From a virus (Duplodnaviria > Caudoviricetes), in the IMG/VR virus record IMGVR_UViG_3300033076_000932, positions 1 through 40,091 of that record: DNA of 40,091 nucleotides. The stretch is one strand, 5' to 3'. A program made the translations under genes and the position numbers. The notes under the pieces are model-generated. The model was given only the letters and a program-made list of their open reading frames with translations. It was not told the origin of the DNA and ran no database searches. Below are positions 17,246-25,081 of the stretch, piece by piece (the first letter of the stretch is position 1; each line of letters starts with the position of its first letter).

Positions 17246-18487
17246 TTATTTGGGCATGATGGCAAAGTAGGCATCCCCAGCCGCCTTGGTTGCCCGCCCA
17301 CGGTATGCGCTCATCAGGTTCTGCACGCTGGTCTTGGTCATTAGGTAGGCAGTGAGCTTGGCATCCTTGTGCGCGGCCAAGTGGTAGGTGGCGAAGCTAT
17401 GCCGAAGCACATTCCGCATCTGCTCCATTGCCGCCGCCTCCTCTGCAGTCCACTCCTCCTGCCCCTCCTGCTGCTTGGGCTTGAGCCCCGCCGCCTCAAA
17501 CGCCTCCCGCTTGAGTTCCGCATACTGCCGCCGCGAAACATCCCAGCAGGCTGGGGAAGCGTGGCGCATCCATGCCCAGAGGTTGTCTGGCCAGCCGTCC
17601 ACATAGTGCCGCTGCCCGCTCTTGTGCAGGTGCCCCGGCATCACAATCCCCTCATCATCCCACAGAATGTCATCCCTGCGCAGCCTAGCTGCAGAGGTGT
17701 AGCGCAGCCCACCAAATGCCTCAAGGGCCAGCCTGCCCACCGCCAGCCCACCAGCATTGGCTGCAAACAGGGCTTCCGCCTGCTCCACGGTGAGGATGTT
17801 GATCTCCCGGTGGACCGGCTCCCCGTCTTCCCCCACGTCGCTGGCATCCGGCAGCGAGAGCGCATCCGCTGGGTTGTGGGCCAGCTTCCTGCGGAGCCGC
17901 AGCCACTCCAGCCAATGCCGCAGCGTCTTCAAGTGGTGCCGCTTGGTCTTGGCACTCATTGCCTCCCCCGTGTCTGGGTCACGCAGGTTTGCGATCCACT
18001 TGTCCAGATCCTCACTCTGCAGGCTTGCCACCAACCGCCCGCCAAATGCCGCCAGGATGCGCTTCCCGTGGAGCCTGCGGTGGCTGTGGGTGTCGTCTGA
18101 CAGTTTCCGCTTTTCTTGGTCTGCGGAAAAGTCTGCCCATGCTGTTTCCACCGTGAGGCTCCCCGCAGTGCCCCGCCAATCCAGCCACTCCCTCGCCACC
18201 ACCAGCGGGTGAACATCACCCACCAGTTCCCGAAACTCGGTCCAGGTTGCAACGGTGCGGGCATCCACCAACTGTGCCGCCTCCCCAAACTTCTGCCGCT
18301 GTTTAAGCCACGCTGCGGCCCATTCCGCCCGCTCACTCTCACTGGCAAACGATTTGGCTTTAAGCCCAAGGGAACCCCGCCACCGGGCAAGGTAGGGGAG
18401 AGTCTTGGCTGGGCGGGTCTCGTACCACATGCCACCGGGCGGCTCCTGCAGAAACGGCTGGGCTGGCTTTGCCTTCTTGGTGATCAT
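17246..18487 (-). CDS. int: Tyrosine recombinase / phage integrase
   Basis: FGGLR, HKSG, VLRHSFATYHL and a C-terminal catalytic Tyr (SAYRG); SAM-like central domain; adjacent to attP. Confidence 0.92.
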   Translation of the reverse strand: MITKKAKPAQPFLQEPPGGMWYETRPAKTLPYLARWRGSLGLKAKSFASESERAEWAAAWLKQRQKFGEAAQLVDARTVATWTEFRELVGDVHPLVVAREWLDWRGTAGSLTVETAWADFSADQEKRKLSDDTHSHRRLHGKRILAAFGGRLVASLQSEDLDKWIANLRDPDTGEAMSAKTKRHHLKTLRHWLEWLRLRRKLAHNPADALSLPDASDVGEDGEPVHREINILTVEQAEALFAANAGGLAVGRLALEAFGGLRYTSAARLRRDDILWDDEGIVMPGHLHKSGQRHYVDGWPDNLWAWMRHASPACWDVSRRQYAELKREAFEAAGLKPKQQEGQEEWTAEEAAAMEQMRNVLRHSFATYHLAAHKDAKLTAYLMTKTSVQNLMSAYRGRATKAAGDAYFAIMPK

Positions 18488-18661
18488 GGGGTGATCCTTT
18501 CTGGTGATCTCAGGGTGATCAACTCGGTGCAATTATTGCAACACCCTGCTGCATTTTGTTGCATCTCCCACCTATGGGCGGGGCTGTTACCTCTGAAGAT
18601 GGTCGGGGCGGTGAGTCCCTGCCTGTGCCCCGTGGGTGGGGCTGGTGATCGGCGGGTGATC
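18479..18661 (+). repeat. Six direct GGTGATC repeats flanking the attP core; likely integrase arm-type sites
   Basis: Copies at 18479, 18490, 18503, 18514 (left) and 18644, 18655 (right); three pairs each with 11-nt spacing. Confidence 0.7.
18600..18615 (-). other. attP core identical in form to the 3'-terminal 16 nt of a tRNA-Pro
   Basis: Minus strand CTCAC-CGCCCCG-A-CCA = T-stem 3' strand + acceptor 3' strand (pairs with the 5' CGGGGCG of tRNA-Pro) + discriminator + CCA. Confidence 0.75.
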
Positions 18662-18832
18662 TCATTCCATGAATCTCCCCACGATAAACCCGAAGAAGCC
18701 CAGCCCACCAATCACCATCCAGACCTGTGCGGCTCCCATCCGGTTATCTGCCACGGCAAACATGGACACCACCACGCCCAGCACCATTGCCAGTGCGGAA
18801 GCTACCTTGATTTTGCGGGCGGTGAGTTTCAT
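18662..18832 (-). CDS. Small two-TM membrane protein (56 aa)
   Basis: Below the ORF-track cutoff; MKLTARKIKVASALAMVLGVVVSMFAVADNRMGAAQVWMVIGGLGFFGFIVGRFME. Confidence 0.6.
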   Translation of the reverse strand: MKLTARKIKVASALAMVLGVVVSMFAVADNRMGAAQVWMVIGGLGFFGFIVGRFME

Positions 18833-19006
18833 TGGGTGGTGGTGGCAATCACAAAAACCACCCTAGTTTTGGGGTGAATTTTTTCCGCATCTTTTCAATG
18901 GGCTTTGCATAGCATCCTGACTCCAGGCACGTCCGAGAGTATTCCGGTGCCGCAACCATAACGTGGGACAGTGTGTGTCCCACCCAATCTGTTAGGATTA
19001 CAACCA

Positions 19007-19231
19007 ATGGAAAAGATCACGCTTTCCGTCTCTCGTTCAGAGTTTGCCAGGATCGCTCTTGCAGCCCGCGCCATTGGCATCTCGGTGCAATCGCTTGCCG
19101 TCTCTGCACTCATCACTCGCTTTTCTCGCCGCCAATTTTCCCGCTGCGCTCAAGGTCTGCGATGTGCTCCACCAGTACCTTGCCAGCAAAACGGGAAACC
19201 GAGCGATCATCGTTCTCAGCGGCACGCTTGA
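19007..19231 (+). CDS. Possible RHH-like protein, antisense-overlapping the repressor 3' end
   Basis: MEKITLSVSRSEFARIALAARAIGISVQSLAVSALI fits a beta-alpha-alpha RHH pattern. Confidence 0.35.
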   Translation: MEKITLSVSRSEFARIALAARAIGISVQSLAVSALITRFSRRQFSRCAQGLRCAPPVPCQQNGKPSDHRSQRHA

Positions 19232-19304
19232 TTTTTGCAGCCAGTTCAGGAGTGACGTTGATGGTGATGCGCTCCCACGTTTTTCTGCCCGTTTTGATTT
19301 TCAT
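19113..19304 (-). CDS. Ribbon-helix-helix (Arc/Mnt/CopG-like) regulator; probable repressor
   Basis: RITINVTPELAAKIKRAAENDDRSVSRFAGKVL. Confidence 0.8.
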   Translation of the reverse strand: MKIKTGRKTWERITINVTPELAAKIKRAAENDDRSVSRFAGKVLVEHIADLERSGKIGGEKSE

Positions 19305-19345
19305 GTTTGGCTGGGTGTGCTGCAAAGTGCAGCAAAATGCAGAAA

Positions 19346-19366
19346 AGTCAAAAAAGAGTATTGACT
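19346..19366. promoter_or_regulatory. Back-to-back -35 elements of divergent promoters
   Basis: AGTCAA-N9-TTGACT (TTGACT on each strand) in the AT-rich divergent gap. Confidence 0.55.
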
Positions 19367-19371
19367 ACGGA

Positions 19372-19388
19372 TGCATAACAATTATGCA
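19372..19388. promoter_or_regulatory. Operator 1 (palindrome)
   Basis: TGCATAA-CAA-TTATGCA overlapping the rightward promoter spacer/-10. Confidence 0.7.
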
Positions 19389-19469
19389 CTTTAACCGTGA
19401 AGGCTGAGTTGAAAGACCAAGCCCACAAACAAGCGGTGCCAAAACCCCAGCTTTTATTTTCAATCCGAG

Positions 19470-19486
19470 TGCATAACCGTTATGCG
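19470..19486. promoter_or_regulatory. Operator 2 (palindrome)
   Basis: TGCATAA-CCG-TTATGCG overlapping the ATG at 19482. Confidence 0.7.
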
Positions 19487-19649
19487 AATCACCATTAGCA
19501 TCCCGAAAAAAATCAAAGCGAAGCTCAAGGCAGCGGCAGATGCCGAGCGCAGGAGCGTCTCAAACTTTGCCAGCCGCATTCTTGATGCGAGCCTGTCAAC
19601 CACTGCGGACACCAGCGGAAAGCTGAAGACCAGCAAGGGGGCAGCATGA
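19482..19649 (+). CDS. Ribbon-helix-helix regulator, Cro-equivalent position (55 aa)
   Basis: Below the ORF-track cutoff; MRITISIPKKIKAKLKAAADAERRSVSNFASRILDA; stop overlaps the next ATG. Confidence 0.8.
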   Translation: MRITISIPKKIKAKLKAAADAERRSVSNFASRILDASLSTTADTSGKLKTSKGAA

Positions 19650-19996
19650 GAATCGATGGCATACCCTTTGAGCTTACCCGGTGGGACGGTAGCCGAGAGC
19701 CGTTCAACTGCTTCTACGTTTTTGTGCTCAAGGATCAGGTGGTGTATGTCGGCTCAACGGGAAACCTTGCGCTGCGGGAACTGGACTGCAGGCGGTCTGA
19801 AATAAAACGGGATGCCGTTTACTACGTTAGAACCGGAACCCGTGGTGAGGCATATGACTGTGAGGCGTGGTTGATCAATACGCTGAAGCCCCGCTGCAAC
19901 ACGATGTTTCACGGGAGGAAGGCACCACCGATTCCATACCCGCCATTCTTTCTATACGGCAACTCAATCACATTCACTGAAAGAGGTGCAGCGTGA
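19646..19996 (+). CDS. GIY-YIG nuclease family protein
   Basis: CFYVF...VVYVGSTGNLALR...CEAWLI...PRCN. Confidence 0.75.
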   Translation: MRIDGIPFELTRWDGSREPFNCFYVFVLKDQVVYVGSTGNLALRELDCRRSEIKRDAVYYVRTGTRGEAYDCEAWLINTLKPRCNTMFHGRKAPPIPYPPFFLYGNSITFTERGAA

Positions 19997-20211
19997 GCAG
20001 CACCGGCACCTCCCGCCCCCTCACCACGGCAGAGGAACTTGCTGCCCTGCGTGCTGAGATAGCTCCCAAGCTGGAGCGCATTGAACAGGTGATGAATCTG
20101 CTGCTGGTGAAGCGGCCCACGCTCAAGGAGCAGGCCAAGCAGGCTGGGGTGAGCCCCAGCACCTTGTGCCGCCGCAGGCAGCGGCTGGCGATGGGGAGGA
20201 GCTTTCTATGA
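19993..20211 (+). CDS. Small HTH protein (possible excisionase)
   Basis: TLKEQAKQAGVSPSTLCRR. Confidence 0.6.
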   Translation: MSSTGTSRPLTTAEELAALRAEIAPKLERIEQVMNLLLVKRPTLKEQAKQAGVSPSTLCRRRQRLAMGRSFL

Positions 20212-20381
20212 ACACCGAGACCAAGATTGCGCTCACCCTGATCGTTAGCTTTGGCGCAGGTCTGCTGCTGGTAGCAGTGGGGCTGGGGTTCTCTCCGAAG
20301 CTCACCAGCTTCTTCCTTGGGCTCATCCTGTGCTTCGCTTCGGTGAAGCTGATGAGCAGCACCAGCGGAGGTGGGCGATGA
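20208..20381 (+). CDS. Small two-TM membrane protein
   Basis: Two hydrophobic stretches; ATGA overlaps with both neighbours. Confidence 0.6.
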   Translation: MNTETKIALTLIVSFGAGLLLVAVGLGFSPKLTSFFLGLILCFASVKLMSSTSGGGR

Positions 20382-20605
20382 ACGCACCCAACCGCAGGCG
20401 CGGCAAGTACGGCAGCACAGTGGTGGAGCCAGCCGACTACTTGGCAGCGATTGAGCAACCCAACCTGCCGGTGCCCGCAGTGGTTGGCCCGCGCATTGGC
20501 GAGGGGTTCAGCCTACTGGCGGCAAAGCGGCACGCAGATGAGCAGGCCGAGAAGATCCCAGAAGCCCGCTTTGTGCGGAAGTGGCGGGAGAACTTTCACG
20601 ACTAA
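20378..20605 (+). CDS. Hypothetical protein
   Basis: GGAGG SD and ATGA overlap. Confidence 0.55.
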   Translation: MNAPNRRRGKYGSTVVEPADYLAAIEQPNLPVPAVVGPRIGEGFSLLAAKRHADEQAEKIPEARFVRKWRENFHD

Positions 20606-20654
20606 AGCCCAGCCTTGGGCGCAGTCACAAACGAAACCAACAAGGACAAAGAAC

Positions 20655-21068
20655 ATGAAAATCGGTGAAGCATTCCCGAGCAGCTTCCTCAAAGTGGATG
20701 ACCTGCAGGGGCGAGATGTAACGGTGACCATCGCCAGCGTTGAGCTGGAGACCATCGGCAAGGATGACAAGGAGCAGAAGCTGGTGCTGGGCTTGCTCGG
20801 CAAGACCAAGAAGCTGGTCTGCAACAAGACCAATGCCAAGACCATCGCTGGGCTGCACGGAGAGGAAACGGATGAGTGGGTGGGCAAGCAGATCATCCTC
20901 TCCCCACGGGAAGTGGAGTTCCAGGGCAAGATGGTGATGGCAATCCGCGTCTCCCTCAAGCGGCCCGGTGCAGCTCCGGTGCAGGCCAGCAGCAGCAAGA
21001 AGGCACCCGTGCAGCAGCAGGAAGTTCCGCCCGCTGATGCGGCAGATGCGGAGGATGTTCCCTTCTGA
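20655..21068 (+). CDS. Putative single-stranded DNA-binding protein
   Basis: FPSSFLKVDDL...NKTNAKTI...DEWVGKQI core and an acidic tail ending EDVPF. Confidence 0.7.
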   Translation: MKIGEAFPSSFLKVDDLQGRDVTVTIASVELETIGKDDKEQKLVLGLLGKTKKLVCNKTNAKTIAGLHGEETDEWVGKQIILSPREVEFQGKMVMAIRVSLKRPGAAPVQASSSKKAPVQQQEVPPADAADAEDVPF

Positions 21069-21252
21069 TCTGAATCTGCGGTGGGGCAATGAGGAGGCGG
21101 GTGCTGATCCCATCCGCCAGTGACCTGATCCCCATCGCACCAACTAGCTGGGTGTGGTTCCCGCAAAGCGACGCTGCGCGGAAAGGACCACCAAGAAGGA
21201 ACTGTAGGACTTCCCAGCTATTTCTCTCCCCCAACTTTTACACACCACTTTC

Positions 21253-22056
21253 ATGTCATCTGAATTTCTCACCGTTGCTGGCCTAGATGCCGCAACCATA
21301 TCCGCCACCGAGCAGGCCAGAGCCCGCCGGGATGAGCTGCTGCGAGTAGCCAAGGGCACCGCCACCGTCACCAATGCCGAGCAGGCCAAGGCATCCGCCG
21401 CCCTGCTGGTCATGCTCAAGGACTTCACCCACGAGATTGAGGGGAGCCGCAAGGAGGTGAAGGCTCCCGTGATTGATCTGGGCAAGCGCATTGATGCCCT
21501 CGCACAAGACCTGACTTTCGCAGTGGATGCGGAGGCGGTGCGCATCAGCAAGACGCTGGGCGCATGGCAAGCCGAGCAGAACCGGCTCATTGAGGAGCAG
21601 AAGCGGATTGCGTGGCAGAAGGAGCAGGAGATCCGCCGGGAGATGGAGGAGAAGGCGCGGGCGGCAGAAGAAGCCCTGCGCAAGCAGCAGGCGGAACTGG
21701 AAGCGAAGGCTGCGCGGGCACGCACGCAGGAAGGGCGGGAGCGGGCAGAGCTGGAGATGCAGCAGGCAGAGCGGCGGGCCAATGAGGAGGCGCAGCGGCG
21801 CACCGATGAAGCGGCAGCAGCTCTGGTCAAGGCGCAGTCCACCATCACCATTGCGGCCAAGCCCGAAGGCATCGCCACCCGCACTGAGATCCAGTTTGAG
21901 GTGGAGGATATCGTGGCTCTGTACGAGGCGGCACCGTACCTGGTCAAACTCGAGCCCAACACGAAGGCAATCAAGGCGGCACTCAAACAGCTCCGCAGCG
22001 ATCAGCGGCTCCCCGGTATCCGCCACTGGAAGCAGGCGGTGAGCATTGTGCGGTAA
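21253..22056 (+). CDS. Coiled-coil protein (Gam/Gp157-like early protein)
   Basis: IEGSRKEVKAPVIDLGKRID, long E/Q/R/A coil, C-terminal KAIKAALK...LPGIR. Confidence 0.6.
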   Translation: MSSEFLTVAGLDAATISATEQARARRDELLRVAKGTATVTNAEQAKASAALLVMLKDFTHEIEGSRKEVKAPVIDLGKRIDALAQDLTFAVDAEAVRISKTLGAWQAEQNRLIEEQKRIAWQKEQEIRREMEEKARAAEEALRKQQAELEAKAARARTQEGRERAELEMQQAERRANEEAQRRTDEAAAALVKAQSTITIAAKPEGIATRTEIQFEVEDIVALYEAAPYLVKLEPNTKAIKAALKQLRSDQRLPGIRHWKQAVSIVR

Positions 22057-22074
22057 CCACCAGCACCAACTACT

Positions 22075-22668
22075 ATGGAAACCAAATCGCTGGAGATACG
22101 GGTGGGCAAAGTGAAGCGCACCCGCAAGAGCATTGAGATATCGTGGAAGCAAGGGGTGGCTTCCTTCGGGCTGGCAGAGCGTGACAATCCGCTGCCCAGC
22201 TTCACTGAGGCACTGGATGCGCTGGCCCCACTGGTGGCTACCATCTGCCATCTGCCCACCGAGTATGTGCAGGGCGGGTGCCGGGTCATCGGTTTCACCA
22301 TTGATGAGCAGGCTGGGGCCGATGCCGTGAGCATTCTGGTGAAGAAGCAACTGCTGGATGCAGCCAAGGAGTTTGCCTTCAAGACCCCCGCCCGCCTGCT
22401 GGAGCACCCAGCCGAGCCGGGGACATATAGCCCACCGCTCTCTGTGGCAGATGCCGCTGTGGTGTATGCCGCCATTGATGAGGCCAAGCGGTACATCAGG
22501 GGCGAGCGTGCGCAGGGGCTCATCAGCTTTGGTGATGAGGATGACGGTGACGAATTTGGCGAGGAGTCCACCGCTGGGGATAGCGAGGGAACTGTTGAGA
22601 TGGAGCTCTCCCCCAGCGGTGTCATTCGCCGCAAGGGTAGCAAGCGCAGCGCAGGAGGTGGGTCATGA
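22075..22668 (+). CDS. Hypothetical protein
   Basis: 197 aa; YIRGERAQ motif, acidic C-terminal region. Confidence 0.7.
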   Translation: METKSLEIRVGKVKRTRKSIEISWKQGVASFGLAERDNPLPSFTEALDALAPLVATICHLPTEYVQGGCRVIGFTIDEQAGADAVSILVKKQLLDAAKEFAFKTPARLLEHPAEPGTYSPPLSVADAAVVYAAIDEAKRYIRGERAQGLISFGDEDDGDEFGEESTAGDSEGTVEMELSPSGVIRRKGSKRSAGGGS

Positions 22669-22802
22669 GCGTTGCTGCCGTCACTCTATCGTTCACCACC
22701 GCCGCCGTGCTGGCTTTGGCCTGCGTGCTGGTTGGCGTGGCACTGGGCATCTTTGTGATGGGTTGGCCACATGAGGGAGGGTGGGATCGCCATGACTTCT
22801 GA
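22665..22802 (+). CDS. Small single-TM protein (45 aa)
   Basis: Hand-translated MSVAAVTLSFTTAAVLALACVLVGVALGIFVMGW...; GGAGG SD and ATGA overlap. Confidence 0.5.
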   Translation: MSVAAVTLSFTTAAVLALACVLVGVALGIFVMGWPHEGGWDRHDF

Positions 22803-23223
22803 TCTCCTATCCCTGCGCCTCTACCAAGAGGTTGACCGGCTCTGGTGCGAGCAAGGGCCAGCCTGCATCTGTGCGGAGGCGTTGCTGCCGGTGTTTGCCA
22901 AGGTGCTGGAGGATGGGTTGCCCAAGCAATCTATTGCCCCGGCTGGTGCCGCCGTGTGCGATTCTAGCCCATTTGGCAACCGGAGAAAGGTTCCACCGCA
23001 GCCAGAGTGGGTGGAGGCTTATTCTGCCAGCATTGGGTATCCGCTGGATGGTGCCGCCTGGTGCGATTGCTACGCAGCCAAGGGCTGGAGCGTGGGCAAG
23101 AAGAAGATGGTGGACTGGCAGGCGGCGGTGCGGAACTGGAAGACCAACGACTACGCGCCAGACCGCATGAAGAAGCTGGGCGGCAAGTCTGCTGGCACGG
23201 GCAAGGACTACAGCAAGTTCTAG
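22792..23223 (+). CDS. Putative replication initiator-associated protein (conserved phage C-terminal domain)
   Basis: WCDCYAAKGWSVGKKKMVDWQAAVRNW; directly upstream of the DnaC-like gene. Confidence 0.65.
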   Translation: MTSDLLSLRLYQEVDRLWCEQGPACICAEALLPVFAKVLEDGLPKQSIAPAGAAVCDSSPFGNRRKVPPQPEWVEAYSASIGYPLDGAAWCDCYAAKGWSVGKKKMVDWQAAVRNWKTNDYAPDRMKKLGGKSAGTGKDYSKF

Positions 23224-23225
23224 CC

Positions 23226-24047
23226 ATGAAGGACTCAGCCGCATCCACTGCCGTGCTGCAGCTTGCAGACATTGGGCTTGCCCCGCTGCTGGGCGGGATT
23301 GCCCTTGGTGACTTCGCCCAGATGCGGCACCAACCGCAGTGTGAGGCGATGCAGTTGGTGGAGCATGAGTGCAGCCAAGGGTGCGGCACCAAGCTGCTCA
23401 CCGCTGCATTCTTTGCCCCGCTTACCTGCTGCGAGCCCTGCAAGGCAAAGGCACTGGAGGAGGATCGCATTGCCAAAGCTCGGCTGTACTGGGAAGCCAC
23501 TTGCCCTCCTAGCTTCCGCGACACTGACACCAACCACCCAAGCTGGCCCAAGGCGCAATATGCCGCCACCCGCAACTGGAAGGGCGAGGAGAGCCTGCTG
23601 CTATATGGGCCAACTGGAGTGGGCAAGACCCGGTTGGCAATGTGGCTCATCAAGCGGTGCCTGCTGCAGAACAACTCCCACGTTGGCGTGATCTGGCCCT
23701 ATGAGTTGAAGGCGGTGAGGCATGAGCGGGAGATCATCAACTGGGTCAAGAAGTGGGGACGCTATGATGTGTTGCTGCTGGATGACCCGCTGCAGGGGGC
23801 GGCAGATTCCCGCATCACTGATGCCCTCAAGGATCTTATTGCCTACCGGCAAGATTGGAAGCGCCCCTGCATCTTCACCTCCCAAATTGGAGGGGATGAC
23901 TATGAGCAGCAGGCGGCAAAGTTTGGGAAGGAGACCAACGCAGACAAAGAGGTAATTGCTGCGCTGATGCGCCGCATCCGCGAAACCTGCAAGGTCATCA
24001 GCTTCACAGAGGCGAAACCTACAACCGCAGAGGAGGAGGCATTTTGA
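23226..24047 (+). CDS. DnaC/IstB-like AAA+ ATPase (helicase loader)
   Basis: CxxxC/CxxC Zn motifs, Walker A GPTGVGKT, Walker B LLLDD, FTSQ, RRIRE. Confidence 0.85.
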   Translation: MKDSAASTAVLQLADIGLAPLLGGIALGDFAQMRHQPQCEAMQLVEHECSQGCGTKLLTAAFFAPLTCCEPCKAKALEEDRIAKARLYWEATCPPSFRDTDTNHPSWPKAQYAATRNWKGEESLLLYGPTGVGKTRLAMWLIKRCLLQNNSHVGVIWPYELKAVRHEREIINWVKKWGRYDVLLLDDPLQGAADSRITDALKDLIAYRQDWKRPCIFTSQIGGDDYEQQAAKFGKETNADKEVIAALMRRIRETCKVISFTEAKPTTAEEEAF

Positions 24048-24048
24048 T

Positions 24049-24252
24049 ATGAATGATGTGCAATGGCTGGTGGTGCTGCTGGTGTCGTGCCTTGGGTGCC
24101 TTGCCCTTGGCTACATCACCGGCAACCACGACGGCAAGAAGTGGGGGCGAGATGCGCAGTGGGTGGATGACTTCATAGCTGCCTGCCAGCGTGAGGCGGC
24201 AAAGCGGGATCGGCTGGGAAGGTTCAAGAGCAAGACCACAACCCATGAATGA
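24049..24252 (+). CDS. Small membrane-anchored protein
   Basis: N-terminal TM; RDRLGRF tail. Confidence 0.6.
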   Translation: MNDVQWLVVLLVSCLGCLALGYITGNHDGKKWGRDAQWVDDFIAACQREAAKRDRLGRFKSKTTTHE

Positions 24253-24538
24253 ATCAGGCCCACATCCCTGCCCCAGCGGTGAGCGCATGATCTACCTGGT
24301 GCCAAGCGACCGCAAGAAGGCGGTGAAATACCGGGTGGATCTGCTGGCCAATGCTGGGTTTGGTGAGTGCTCCTGCACCGACTGGGCAACGCGCAGGAAT
24401 GCCGGGATCAAGAGCGGCGGGGAGATGGGCACCACCGCCACTGCCTGCAAGCATGTGCTCAAGGCTCGCCGCTTCTTTCTCAATGGGCTCCTGCAGCACA
24501 TGGCGCGGGGCGAGACTGAATTTGGAGATGGGCGATGA
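24245..24538 (+). CDS. SWIM zinc-finger protein
   Basis: YRVDL...CSCTDW...CKH. Confidence 0.75.
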   Translation: MNESGPHPCPSGERMIYLVPSDRKKAVKYRVDLLANAGFGECSCTDWATRRNAGIKSGGEMGTTATACKHVLKARRFFLNGLLQHMARGETEFGDGR

Positions 24539-24758
24539 ACTCACAGACCAACACCCGGCTGGCCCCCGCCGCTTCCTTGGCCGCATCTGCAGCTTTGACC
24601 ACAACGGCAGGCGGTTGGTGGGGGTGGTGGAAACTAGTGAATACATTGGCCGCACCGCTCGGGGGGCGATCCCAGACTACCGCTTGACCATACGGGGCAA
24701 GAGCGGGGCTGCGCTCATCATATCTTTGGTAGAGGCAAAAACATCTTTTCAACAATGA
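24528..24758 (+). CDS. Hypothetical protein
   Basis: GGAG SD, overlaps neighbours. Confidence 0.55.
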   Translation: MGDELTDQHPAGPRRFLGRICSFDHNGRRLVGVVETSEYIGRTARGAIPDYRLTIRGKSGAALIISLVEAKTSFQQ

Positions 24759-25081
24759 ACCACACAGCACTTGATGCAGTTGATTGCATGGGACCATCCA
24801 TCTCCTCCTTGCTCCGCATGGTTGAGCTGGGATGTGAGCGACTAATGGCGCACGGTGGCGGCTCCCTCCCACGGGATGGATCGCCCAACCTGCCCATAAA
24901 TGTGAAGCAGGAGATATGCGAGGAGTATCTGCGCAGGAGGAACCCCAACGACAAGACGCGGGCGGTGATGGAGGGGATCGCGGAGGAATACGGCATCCAC
25001 TACGCAACGGTGGTGAAGATCACCCGGCATTTGCGGGTGCAGCAACCCCAGCAGCAGGCCAACGCAGCCTCCACCCCATGA
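24755..25081 (+). CDS. Hypothetical protein with a C-terminal HTH
   Basis: MEGIAEEYGIHYATVVKI. Confidence 0.6.
   Translation: MNHTALDAVDCMGPSISSLLRMVELGCERLMAHGGGSLPRDGSPNLPINVKQEICEEYLRRRNPNDKTRAVMEGIAEEYGIHYATVVKITRHLRVQQPQQQANAASTP

Larger units (their letters stand above)
1..18615. mobile_element. Temperate phage genome, left arm (tail, glycan cassette, head, integrase, up to attP)
   Basis: Contiguous tail, capsid and integrase genes; no host housekeeping genes seen. Confidence 0.9.

Noticed and set aside
16681-17344. Protein-coding ORFs in the int-protease gap (16681-17025 +, 16903-17301 -, 17066-17344 +)
   Set aside because: Pro/Arg/Ser-rich, mutually overlapping, no motifs or coupled starts; the region is better explained as structured non-coding sequence
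18479-18661. CRISPR array or iterons from the GGTGATC repeats
   Set aside because: Repeats are 7 nt with 4-6 nt gaps and flank an att core; they do not fit CRISPR geometry and are far from the replication genes
18560-18680. Full tRNA gene at the tRNA-like 3' end
   Set aside because: Only the last 16 nt match; no T-loop (TTCGA), anticodon arm or D arm upstream, so it is treated as an attP core
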